Source: Chloroflexota bacterium | GTDB lineage: Bacteria > Chloroflexota > UBA11872 > VXOZ01 | Reading direction: 5' to 3' | Length of the DNA stretch: 64,000 nucleotides | Assembly: GCA_965221905.1 (NCBI GenBank) | Contig: OZ244922.1 | Location: 2,304,001-2,368,000, forward strand | In this document: positions 20,654 to 30,214 of the stretch, one piece after another | Layout of the letters: the number at the start of each line of letters is the position of its first letter | How positions within the stretch are numbered: the stretch's first letter is position 1 | The notes under the pieces: model-generated | Told to the model about the DNA's origin: nothing | What the model saw: only the letters and a program-made list of their open reading frames with translations | The model's database searches: none | Translations under genes and position numbers: made by a program

Positions 20654-21925
20654 TCATTCTCTGTATGCTGATGCAACCTTTCGTATTGCTTCCAGCACGT
20701 CATCAAGGTCTTCCTGCTGCAACGTTGGAAAGACTTCCAACCTGAACGAGCGCTGGCCGATGTCTCTTGCATTGGGGCATTCTACTCCGGCGTACTCGGC
20801 GGTATCGAATGGAAACTGCGTGTTGCCGTAGCCGACTTTTTGCTGGTAGACAGGCTCCATATAAAGTTCCGCACTCGTACCCCGCGCGGCGCGGACACCC
20901 TCTGCCTGTAACGCCTGTACAAACTCGTCGCGAGTGCACGTCAGATGCTCCAAGTGCAGCGTGACATAGTAGCAGTAGAAAGCATGTTCTGACTCCGGAG
21001 TCTCCGGCGAGGGCCTGAGAACCACTTCCAACTCACTGAGACCCTCAGTGAGATAACGCGCGTTTTCACGGCGGCGTTGGAGGTGCCAATCCAGTCGAGC
21101 AAGCGCCTTGAGGCCGATAGCGCTTTGCATCTCCGTCATGCGGTAGTTATAGCCGACGCGGTAGTGCGTGTATTGATTTAGCGCGCCACGCGCCAATGCA
21201 CTGCGGCGTTCCGCTTCGTGAAAGCCGTGATCGCGAAAGCTCCGGGCAACCTCGGCGGCCGCGGCATCATTGGCGCCCACCATGCCGCCCTCACCGCCAG
21301 TGGTAAAAATCTTGTCCTGGCAGAAGCTCCATGCGTTCACCGTGCCAAGGCTCCCTACCTTCTTGCTGCGATAGGTGGCGCCGTGAGCTTGGGCGCAATC
21401 CTCGACAACCGCCAAGCCGTGCTTACGCGCGAGCGCGAGAATGGCATCCATGTCTGCGGGCAGACCGGCAAGATGCACCGGTACGATAGCCGTGGTGCGA
21501 GGTGTAATGCGCTCCGCGACGGACTCTGCAGCGATGGTGTGAGTTTCCGGATCAATGTCGGCAAAAACAGGCACGGCGTATTGATTCGTTACGGCGGATG
21601 CCGTAGCAATGAAACTGCGCGCGGGCACTATCACCTCATCGCCAGGCCCCACGCCTGCAGCCGCTAAGGCAACGTGCAGGGCACTGGTGCCACTGTTCAC
21701 GGCGATTGCTTCCTCTACGCCCATGTAAGCGGCGAACTCCGCTTGAAACTGCCGGCCAAATTCCCCGGTCCAGTAGTTTACGTGACCGGAATCCAACACC
21801 GCCTGCACCGCTTGCTTTTCGTCATCCCAAAAGACCGGCCACCGGGGAAATGGTCTTTGCTCTAGATCACGCACCGGCGCGCCGCCATTAATCGCAAGTT
21901 CCTGCATTACCGTTTGCTGTGCCAC
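20654..21925 (-). CDS. DegT/DnrJ/EryC1/StrS family PLP aminotransferase
   Basis: AVNSGTSALHVAL, VEDCAQAHGA, SFCQDKIFTTGGEGG and GYNYRMTEMQSAIG. Start placed at the GTG after a GAGGGAG RBS. Confidence 0.9.
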   Translation of the reverse strand: MAQQTVMQELAINGGAPVRDLEQRPFPRWPVFWDDEKQAVQAVLDSGHVNYWTGEFGRQFQAEFAAYMGVEEAIAVNSGTSALHVALAAAGVGPGDEVIVPARSFIATASAVTNQYAVPVFADIDPETHTIAAESVAERITPRTTAIVPVHLAGLPADMDAILALARKHGLAVVEDCAQAHGATYRSKKVGSLGTVNAWSFCQDKIFTTGGEGGMVGANDAAAAEVARSFRDHGFHEAERRSALARGALNQYTHYRVGYNYRMTEMQSAIGLKALARLDWHLQRRRENARYLTEGLSELEVVLRPSPETPESEHAFYCYYVTLHLEHLTCTRDEFVQALQAEGVRAARGTSAELYMEPVYQQKVGYGNTQFPFDTAEYAGVECPNARDIGQRSFRLEVFPTLQQEDLDDVLEAIRKVASAYRE

Positions 21926-22100
21926 ACTCAATGCTCCCTCTTTTTTTAGCTCATCCACACTGCCAGTATCATGCTTCCACAGACCGGGAAGTTCGCGCTT
22001 ACCCATCTTCGTTAGAATCCTTGCCCAAGTGGCGGAAGAGGATTCACACTACTTTAACATTTATGTACTGACCAAGACTGGTTGTTAGCACTAGGGCGAT

Positions 22101-24113
22101 CTAATCCACCTTCAGTCTACGCCAGTGCCTTAAGACCTCAGCCACGCTCCAGGCCTGAGCATAGCAACCACGGGGTGCGTGCGGCGAATCGCCATCGAAT
22201 ACTTCACTGACGGTGCCCAAGGCCCCGCTTGTCATGTGGTCGGCAAAACCGTTGAGCAAAGCCCGCGCGGCAGCTTTGTCACCATTGAAACGGAGCAAGG
22301 CGTCCAGGAAGGGTCCAATCAGCCAACCCCAGACCGTGCCATTGTGGTAGCTGCCCTCTCGCTCCCAAAGAGTTCCGCCGTAATAGCCTCGATACTGCGT
22401 GTCGCTAGCCGCAAGGGAACGCAATCCCACCGGCGTGAGCAATTCGGCTGTGACGATCTCCAGCACTCTTTGCGCGTTGTCCTCGGGCAAGAGTGTAAAG
22501 GGCAAGCTAAGCGCGAACACTTGGTTGGGACGCAGCGCCGGGTCATTCCCTTCCGGACCGTCGATCACGTCGTACAGGTAACCCCCTTCCTCATACCAAA
22601 AACGACGCATGAAGTGGTGCTCGATGGCTGCCCGCCACTGTGGAATCTCATCAACCGGCTCCTCAATCATAAGACACCACTGCTCGAGCAGGCGCAACGC
22701 ATTGTACCAGAGGGCCTGAATCTCCACCGGCTTACCGATGCGTGGTGTGGGAAGCCAGTCACCTGCCTTCACGTCCATCCACGTCAGTTGTACGCCCGGT
22801 TCACCCGCCCATACCAGTCCGTCCGCCGGGTCAACGTGGATGTTGTAGCGGGTGCCGTAGTAGTAGTGACGGACGATGTCTTTGAGTACAGGCATGAGTT
22901 CGCGCAGCAACGCCTCGTCGCTCGTCGTCCCCATGTAAGCATGCAATGCCTGGAAGTACCAAAGAGTCGCATCGACTGTGTTGTATTCAGGAATCTCGCC
23001 GGCATCGGGGAATCGATTAGGAATCATACCTTCGCTGACGTATTCGGCAAATGTGCGGAGGAGCCCCTTCGCAGCGTCCGAGCGATTTGTAGCAAGCGCA
23101 AGACCCGGCAAGCTGATCATGGCATCTCGACCCCAGTCGCCGAACCACGGATACCCCGCAATGACGGTGAGCGATTGCTCGCCCCCCGTCAACGCCCTTT
23201 CCACTAAGAACTGGTCGGCGGCGATCACCAACTGCGCCTCCATTGGGTCCTGGACCGGGTCTACCGCGGCCCTTTGCAACAAAGCGTCGGTGCGTTCCTG
23301 CTCCCTGCTAAAGGCCTGAGATGAGTCACGATCAATGTTCGGCAGGGACTCGACGCTTGCAATGAGACACATGCTTGCGCCGGGTGCAAGTTCTGCGGCG
23401 CAGTCGAACGGATGGTAGAGGTCCTCCATGAAATCCAGGGAACGCTCGCGTTCGCCACGATAAAGGTAATTCCAATACCACTCTTCTCTTGGCTCAAACG
23501 CGGCGCCTTCGCTACAGAGGAGTGAAAGCGGAGACTCTATCTGGTGCGATGTAACTGTCGCGTATGTGGCGTTTTGAACGATGACTTCAGGACGCGCCTC
23601 GTCCGAACCGCGCGTGAGCGAGTGAAAGTCCCGTTGGGCAGTGAAGAGCCGCACACGCAGTGCAAGAGGACTATCGCCGGCGACGTGAGTATAGCGGACA
23701 TAGGTGGTATTCCGTCCGTGGGCCATCCAAATTCGCTTCTCAAGAATAGCGTTCCCAACCCGATAGCAAAACATCGGCACTTGCCCTTCAAGGCGCACCG
23801 ATTCCAAAGTAGCAAAGCCTTGAGGATGGATCACATTCGGGTGGAATTCATTGGCGCCCAACTCGTAGGTTTGGCCGGCAAGGGAAACGACCTCGTCCAC
23901 CTTAGCCAGCATCACCGATCGGCCAAGGGGCGGGTCCAAAGCAGCTACCAATAGGCCGTGGTACCGACGGGTATTGATGCCCGTAACCGTACCGCTGGCA
24001 TAGCCGCCAGTGCCGTTTGTTACCAACCATTCACGCTGAATCGCAGAATCCAGGTCATGAAGGATGGCAGAGTCAAGGGTGGCACTGGCCGTAGACACAG
24101 ACGCGACTTCCAA
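22101..24113 (-). CDS. Glycogen debranching enzyme (amylo-alpha-1,6-glucosidase family)
   Basis: REWLVTNGTGGYASGT…TRRYHGLL, IAGYPWFGDWGRD, YNTVDATLW, QLTWMD and QAWSVAE. Confidence 0.92.
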   Translation of the reverse strand: MEVASVSTASATLDSAILHDLDSAIQREWLVTNGTGGYASGTVTGINTRRYHGLLVAALDPPLGRSVMLAKVDEVVSLAGQTYELGANEFHPNVIHPQGFATLESVRLEGQVPMFCYRVGNAILEKRIWMAHGRNTTYVRYTHVAGDSPLALRVRLFTAQRDFHSLTRGSDEARPEVIVQNATYATVTSHQIESPLSLLCSEGAAFEPREEWYWNYLYRGERERSLDFMEDLYHPFDCAAELAPGASMCLIASVESLPNIDRDSSQAFSREQERTDALLQRAAVDPVQDPMEAQLVIAADQFLVERALTGGEQSLTVIAGYPWFGDWGRDAMISLPGLALATNRSDAAKGLLRTFAEYVSEGMIPNRFPDAGEIPEYNTVDATLWYFQALHAYMGTTSDEALLRELMPVLKDIVRHYYYGTRYNIHVDPADGLVWAGEPGVQLTWMDVKAGDWLPTPRIGKPVEIQALWYNALRLLEQWCLMIEEPVDEIPQWRAAIEHHFMRRFWYEEGGYLYDVIDGPEGNDPALRPNQVFALSLPFTLLPEDNAQRVLEIVTAELLTPVGLRSLAASDTQYRGYYGGTLWEREGSYHNGTVWGWLIGPFLDALLRFNGDKAAARALLNGFADHMTSGALGTVSEVFDGDSPHAPRGCYAQAWSVAEVLRHWRRLKVD

Positions 24114-24471
24114 TGAACTCGTGGAGACAATCAGGCTAGCATCGTTGAAGGCAGTATACCAGTCGCCCGCCTACCAATGTAGCAGCCACCTACGCGGTCC
24201 CTCGACGGCAATTGACGAAAGAACAGCCACATGCGGCAGATCATTCTGCGACGCAGCCTGCGTCGGCTTGCATACGCAAGAATCCAGTTGACCGGCTGAA
24301 TGTCAAACGCTAGCACATCATCAGGGCCCCCGTTATACTTGAAGCAATCTTTCGGCGTTCTGGGATGCATTGAACCGCAAGCAAGTAGCAATCCTCCGAC
24401 AGGTTGCACGCTCCAGCCGGTCACGCAAGACACCGAGAAAGACTGTCGTGGAGAAGCATTGCGTGGTGGCA

Positions 24472-26742
24472 ATGGGGAAACTGAGAAACTTACTACACAG
24501 GGCCGGATCAAGTATCGGTATCGTCGTTTTGCTCGTAGGAATCATACTTCTGGCGTCGTGCGGCGATGGCGGCGAGGATGAAATAACACCTACAGCAATC
24601 CCTCCCTCACCTATACCAACCGAGGTTCCAAAGCCTACCCCTGCTCCGTTCCCCACCGTCCAGCCCAACTTGCCTTGTTTCACCGATGTTGGTGCTGCAT
24701 TTAGAACGACTCCTCTCGCCAGCCCAACCCCAGAGGTGATACGGGTTCAAATGCTCGAGCGGCCCTACCGTATCGTTCCGAGCAACATCGTTCTCAAGCA
24801 GGATCAGCCATATCAATTGATCATCCAAGCAGGCAATGAGTGGCATCAGTTTAGGGTGGACCTCCTTGGCCTGGACATTGTTCTTCCGCCAGGCGGCGAA
24901 GCCATTATTGACTTGCGGCCGCAACGACTTGGCGTCTTTCGGCTAAAGGATGAACGCAAGATTCCTGAGAGCCATCTGCTGAGCACAATCACCGTAATTC
25001 CAGCCAACATGTCGATCGACTCGTGGAGCAACTCTTGTGTAAGCCTTCAGGTACCTTCCCCACCGCCTGGCGCAATGCTAAGTACTCCGTTTGTAATTGA
25101 GGGTTCGATTAGTCCGGCCGACCTGGCAGTATTTGGCGGCCCCCTTCACGTAACGCGTATTGAAGCCTGGAGCAACGGGGAGCAAGTGGGCAGAGCGACG
25201 GAAGAAGAGATAGAGTTTCGGGGACAACATAGCGATTTCTTCATCACTGTGCCATTCTTGCCCCCAGGTGAGCACTCTGTAGTGCTCTACGCATATCTTC
25301 AGAATGGCATGCTAGTAGCAACTGCATCCCTGCCGCTTTCTATACTTCCTGAGTCGCCGTCTTCCACGTCGGATCAGGCATTGCGGGGAAGTATCGACCA
25401 CCCAGCAGACAGCTCCCTGCTTGACTTACCGGTTACAATTCGCGGATGGGCTGCCATTGTTGGGGGCAGTGACGGAACGGGCGTGGGTACAGTGGAAATA
25501 TGGGACGGTCCTCGGGAGAGCGGGCGCCTACTCACTGAGGCTGTCTACGGCACGTATCGTCCTGACGTCGCACAAGTACTTGGCGATCCTCGCTTTGCCT
25601 CCAGCGGCTGGTTCGCCCGCCTCACCGACCTCACGGTCGGCCCCTTAGACCTCCATCTCTACGTCCGCGACCGGAAAACGGGTGCGTACGTTGCGCCATT
25701 CGAAAGCGAGGAGACTCCAACACGCCAGTTCACGCTGGCCGAAGGGAAAGTAGCCGAAGCATCATGGCCCGTGGCCTTGGCTGCCGCGCCGGACGGCAGA
25801 CTCTTCTATGCCGAACTCCTCACTGGCCGCATTCGCGTTGTGCAAGACGGGCAGGTTGCACCAGAGCCCTTTGCCGCTTTCAATGACGTCTCAACGCACA
25901 GCGAATCCGGATTCCTCGGTCTCGCCCTTCACCCCGACTTCGCGAACAACCCCTATGTTTACGCCATGTATGTAGTTGACAATCCAAAAACGGGCTTGCC
26001 GTTAATGCAAAGGGTCGTCCGCTTCCGCGACGCAAATGGAGTCGGTCAGGACTACACCGTGGTTCTCGATAACCTCCCGGCAACGTTGGGCGCATCTCAC
26101 AATGGGGGGCGAATTGCCTTTGGCCCGGATGGCAAACTCTACGTTACCATTGGTGACATTTTTGTCTCCGAGTCATCTCAGGACCTTACAAGCCTGGCAG
26201 GCTCCATCCTTCGATACAACCCCGACGGCAGTGTGCCGGATGATAACCCGCTGCCCGGCTCTCCCATCTATGCCTACGGCTTGCGCAACCCCTTTGGAAT
26301 CGCCTTCCAACCGGAGACCGGTGCCCTCTACGCCACAGATAACGGTCCGGGAGGCTTTGATGAAGTAAACAGGATCGAAGCGGGTCACAACTACGGCTGG
26401 CCTGTTCACATGGGGGTCGCCAATGCAGAGGGATTCAGCGATCCCATCGCCGTCTTTGGGGAATATCGAAAGTCCCCGACGTATGGCCCCACCGGTGCTG
26501 CGTTTCCGCTCAATCGACCGGACCTCTTACTGTTCTGTGCCTATCACGTTCCTGCACTCCACGCCCTTGAGTTGAGTGGCCCCGATTACACCACGGTGGA
26601 ACGCCAAATGGTCCTGTCAAAGAACTGCATTCTAGACGTAACTGCCAGCGACGATGGATGGATATATTACAGCACGACTTCCGCAATCTATCGTGCGCGG
26701 ATCGACGATCTCTTGCGGCTGTTCGAAGAAAATCCCACATAA
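24472..26742 (+). CDS. Lipoprotein: cupredoxin-like + Ig-like domains + PQQ-dependent sugar dehydrogenase (GSDH/YliI-like) propeller, paralog 1
   Basis: Lipobox LLASC and a Pro-rich linker. GSDH motifs GFLGLALHPDF, HNGGRIAFGPDGKLY, GLRNPFG and DEVNRIEAGHNYGWP. Confidence 0.8.
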   Translation: MGKLRNLLHRAGSSIGIVVLLVGIILLASCGDGGEDEITPTAIPPSPIPTEVPKPTPAPFPTVQPNLPCFTDVGAAFRTTPLASPTPEVIRVQMLERPYRIVPSNIVLKQDQPYQLIIQAGNEWHQFRVDLLGLDIVLPPGGEAIIDLRPQRLGVFRLKDERKIPESHLLSTITVIPANMSIDSWSNSCVSLQVPSPPPGAMLSTPFVIEGSISPADLAVFGGPLHVTRIEAWSNGEQVGRATEEEIEFRGQHSDFFITVPFLPPGEHSVVLYAYLQNGMLVATASLPLSILPESPSSTSDQALRGSIDHPADSSLLDLPVTIRGWAAIVGGSDGTGVGTVEIWDGPRESGRLLTEAVYGTYRPDVAQVLGDPRFASSGWFARLTDLTVGPLDLHLYVRDRKTGAYVAPFESEETPTRQFTLAEGKVAEASWPVALAAAPDGRLFYAELLTGRIRVVQDGQVAPEPFAAFNDVSTHSESGFLGLALHPDFANNPYVYAMYVVDNPKTGLPLMQRVVRFRDANGVGQDYTVVLDNLPATLGASHNGGRIAFGPDGKLYVTIGDIFVSESSQDLTSLAGSILRYNPDGSVPDDNPLPGSPIYAYGLRNPFGIAFQPETGALYATDNGPGGFDEVNRIEAGHNYGWPVHMGVANAEGFSDPIAVFGEYRKSPTYGPTGAAFPLNRPDLLLFCAYHVPALHALELSGPDYTTVERQMVLSKNCILDVTASDDGWIYYSTTSAIYRARIDDLLRLFEENPT

Positions 26743-27030
26743 GCAAGGGTGCCGCACAGTGATGGGATTCCTTTGTGGACTGGGTTCACATTCAGGCTCC
26801 CGCAGCGAAACTGCGAAAGAGGAAACTACATTCCTTAACACTGGATACTGGTAATCCCCTGTGGACGACAAGGTCAAAGAAACTCTTGTCGTGCTTCTAT
26901 TCAATAGGTACCTGTGGTGTAACAGAAGATGAATCGCTTAGAGTGCAAGGATAGTTAGACACTTTGCCCTAGAGAAGAACCAAGCGAAAGAGTTTGAAAG
27001 AGTCTAAAGAGGCAAGGAGACCTTCATTCA

Positions 27031-29304
27031 GTGCCATTCATGGAACACGACAACTCTTCCAGGTTGATTGGATCGGCCGCTAGCCTGCTCATCATGGTTG
27101 TTTTCGGACTGGTACTGTCGGTGTCATGCGGCAGTATCAGAGAGAGGCTTCAATCATCCAACAGTACAGCTGCTTCGCAACCACCCGATAACGCGCCTCA
27201 AGCTATCCAGCCCTCACCGGAAGCCCTACAGCAACTCATTCCGTGCCACATTGATCTTGCTACAGCTCAAAGGCCCCGCCCGGCTGCAGAACCAACGCCA
27301 GAGGTCATTCGAATCCAAGTGCTGGAGCATCCCCATCGCATGATCCCCAGTAACATTGTGTTGAGGCAGAATCGGTGGTACAAGCTCTACATCACGGCTG
27401 GAAATGAGTGGCACTCCTTTAGAATTAAAGGAATGGGCGCGATGGTGAACTATGAGATACCACCGGGTGGAGAAAAGGGGCCGCTAGTCCATACCACCAA
27501 CATTGGTGTTTTCGAAATGGAGGACATTCGCCACTATCGATTCCTTCAGGGGAGAAATACAGTTACAGTAGTTCCTGAAGGTGCAACCATCTCCACGTGG
27601 AATTCCTCAACGTGCGGTAGATTTCACATCCATTCGCCAACACCCGACGCGAGTGTGAACTCCCCGTTCATCATTCATGGATCAGTCATGCTACCAAGAG
27701 ACATTAATCTAGTCGTTACACGTATTGAGGCCTGGATCAATGGCGAGCAGGTAGGCCTAACTACCGAAAAGCAGGTTTTTTCCGACCCTATTGAAAGCGA
27801 GTTCTTCCTTTCCATTCCAAACCTGCCCAATGGAACGCATTCTCTACTTATCGTGGCCTATCTCCAAAACGGTACTGTCGCAGCTACAGCAACTATGCCG
27901 ATCGTCATTCTCCCCGAAACCAAGAGTCTTGGTTTCAATCTGGGATACCAAGGTAACATTGACCTCCCCCTCGGCCAGGGCATCCATAGCCTTCCTGTGT
28001 CCATTCAAGGCTGGGCTGCCATCCCAGGCAGCGACAAGGGCACCGGTGTCGGCACTGTTGAAATCTGGAACGGCCCGCGAGAAAGCGGTCAATTCCTCAC
28101 CGAGGCAGTCTACGGCACCTATCGTTCAGATGTCGCCGAGGCACTCGGCGATCCTCGCTTCGCTAGCAGCGGCTTCACAGCTCAACTCTCCAATCTCCCT
28201 GCCGGACCCGTGGATATTCACGTCTACGTTCGCGATCGCAAGTCCGGTGATTATGTTTCGCCACGCCCTCGGCAATCGCCACTGTCTCGCCGTATCTATC
28301 TTGCAGAAGGCAAAGTGGTCGACGCCGCGTGGCCGGTCGCCTTGGCGCCCGCTCCAGACGGCAGGCTCTTCTTCGCCGAACTTCACACCGGCAACATTCG
28401 CATTGTGCAAGAGGGTAAACTTCAGTCCGAACCTTTCGCCACTATAGAGAACGTCTCAACTTCCGGAGAATCCGGCTTCCTCGGCCTCGCTCTTCATCCA
28501 AACTTCCCTCGAGAACCCTATGTCTACGCCATGTATGTCGTGGACAATCCGGACACCGGTTTCCCCCTCATGCAGAAGGTCGTCCGCTACCGCGATGACG
28601 AGGGCACCGGCCGGGATCCCACCGTGATCCTCGATAACCTCCCCGCCGCGACAATTTACTATCACAACGGCGGGCGTATTGCATTCGGCCTCGATGGGAA
28701 ACTCTATCTTTCAATTGGCGATACTGATGTGCCGGAGCTTGCCCAAGACCCCAAGAAGCTGGAAGGATCGATCCTCCGCTACAATCCCGATGGCTCCATT
28801 CCCAATGACAACCCCTTTCCAGGTTCGCCCGTATTTGCCATCGGACTGCGCAATGTCTTCGGGCTCGCCTTCCAACCCGATACGGGCTCACTTTATGCTA
28901 CCGAGAATGGCCCTGGCGGCTTTGACGAGGTAAACAAGATCGAAGCCGGCCGCAACTATGGCTGGCCTACTCAGATGGGTGAAAGCGAAACAGAGGGCTT
29001 TGTTGACCCAGTTGCAGTCTATGGCTTATGGCCGGAGGGCCCCATCGGACCAACCGGTGGCACTTTCACGACTGAACAGCCTGACTTGCTCCTATTCTGT
29101 GCCTACCATGGCTTCTTACTGCGTGCGCTGCAATTGAGCGGCCCAGATTTCACCACTGTCGAAAGCGAAAAGATACTGTCAAACAACTGCGCGCTCGATG
29201 TCACGTACAGCAGCGATGGCTGGATTTATTACAGCACACCATCAGCCATTTACCGCGCTCGGCTTGACGACCTCTTACTCCTCTACGAGCAAAATGCTCA
29301 ATGA
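27031..29304 (+). CDS. Lipoprotein: cupredoxin-like + Ig-like + PQQ-dependent sugar dehydrogenase, paralog 2
   Basis: Same architecture as paralog 1, with lipobox-like LSVSC, HNGGRIAFGLDGKLY, GLRNVFG and DEVNKIEAGRNYGWP. Confidence 0.8.
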   Translation: MPFMEHDNSSRLIGSAASLLIMVVFGLVLSVSCGSIRERLQSSNSTAASQPPDNAPQAIQPSPEALQQLIPCHIDLATAQRPRPAAEPTPEVIRIQVLEHPHRMIPSNIVLRQNRWYKLYITAGNEWHSFRIKGMGAMVNYEIPPGGEKGPLVHTTNIGVFEMEDIRHYRFLQGRNTVTVVPEGATISTWNSSTCGRFHIHSPTPDASVNSPFIIHGSVMLPRDINLVVTRIEAWINGEQVGLTTEKQVFSDPIESEFFLSIPNLPNGTHSLLIVAYLQNGTVAATATMPIVILPETKSLGFNLGYQGNIDLPLGQGIHSLPVSIQGWAAIPGSDKGTGVGTVEIWNGPRESGQFLTEAVYGTYRSDVAEALGDPRFASSGFTAQLSNLPAGPVDIHVYVRDRKSGDYVSPRPRQSPLSRRIYLAEGKVVDAAWPVALAPAPDGRLFFAELHTGNIRIVQEGKLQSEPFATIENVSTSGESGFLGLALHPNFPREPYVYAMYVVDNPDTGFPLMQKVVRYRDDEGTGRDPTVILDNLPAATIYYHNGGRIAFGLDGKLYLSIGDTDVPELAQDPKKLEGSILRYNPDGSIPNDNPFPGSPVFAIGLRNVFGLAFQPDTGSLYATENGPGGFDEVNKIEAGRNYGWPTQMGESETEGFVDPVAVYGLWPEGPIGPTGGTFTTEQPDLLLFCAYHGFLLRALQLSGPDFTTVESEKILSNNCALDVTYSSDGWIYYSTPSAIYRARLDDLLLLYEQNAQ

Positions 29305-29458
29305 GGGGTCGAAACAGTCCGTAGATGTGATGAGCAGTAGAGACAGACCACGCATGGGAAGGTAGCGCTAATCGACCGAGAGCGTGGGGTTGGAAGCGCT
29401 CATTGACGCTAGTTCATAAAGAAAATTGCGCCGACGCTCATCGTATCAATCTACCTAA

Positions 29459-29505
29459 GAAAACAAAAACCCAGGCGCGACGCTCCATTGCGCGCGACGC
29501 CTGGA
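29459..29505 (-). terminator. Probable intrinsic terminator of the tRNA pair
   Basis: CCAGGCG…CGCCTGG stem followed on the minus strand by GTTTTTGTTTT. Confidence 0.6.
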
Positions 29506-29514
29506 TTCACAGGG

Positions 29515-29587
29515 TGCCGAGAGCCGGAATCGAACCGGCGACACCAGGATTTTCAGTCCTGTGCTCTACCGACTGAGCTATCTCGGC
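29515..29587 (-). tRNA. tRNA-Phe (GAA)
   Basis: Minus strand gccgagatagctcagtcggtagagcacaggactGAAaatcctggtgtcgccggttcgattccggctctcggca forms a complete cloverleaf. Confidence 0.97.
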
Positions 29588-29597
29588 GATTGACGGG

Positions 29598-29671
29598 TGG
29601 GCGATGCAGGACTCGAACCTGCGGCCTCTACTTTGTAAGAGTAGCGCTCTAACCAGCTGAGCTAATCACCC
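29598..29671 (-). tRNA. tRNA-Val (TAC)
   Basis: Minus strand gggtgattagctcagctggttagagcgctactctTACaaagtagaggccgcaggttcgagtcctgcatcgccca forms a complete cloverleaf. Confidence 0.97.
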
Positions 29672-30016
29672 ACGCAAACCGATTCTATCACCGCCATGAA
29701 CTAGATTCAACTACGCTTGTTGTCAAGCACATGAATGGCTTTGCAGGCGACCGCCTGAAGCGCATCTCATGGAAGAACAAAAGTCGTTTCACAATCGCTC
29801 ATAGGCTGTAGCGCAGGCAAGCGTTAGCTCATCCCCAATAGTTGATGAGGCCCTGCGTTCAAAAGCGACCTCACTTCATAAGCTCCCAAAAACACCTGCG
29901 ATTTCTCTTGTCGCGGTAACTGGAAAATAAAACAGATCATGCTTGTCAATTCATCTTTATATCTGCATAAGAAACCAAACGCATAGCGAGGATATTGAAC
30001 GCAAGAGAATGTCTTC

Positions 30017-30045
30017 TTGACGGCCCGCTTACCCTACGCTATCAT
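30017..30045 (+). promoter_or_regulatory. Sigma70-type promoter upstream of gltB
   Basis: TTGACG-N17-TATCAT. Confidence 0.6.
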
Positions 30046-30214
30046 AGGGAAAACCTGCCCCAGCAGCGTAGCGTGGAGCACAAGAAATGGGCTGTGAGGA
30101 ACTCCAGAGCGGAGTCCCTCATTTCATATTTAAGGGACGTACATAAACTGCAGCAGCCCCGCTAGCGCACTGACATCCTCCCAATTGATCCGTAACTCTC
30201 TGTGAGTGATTTAC

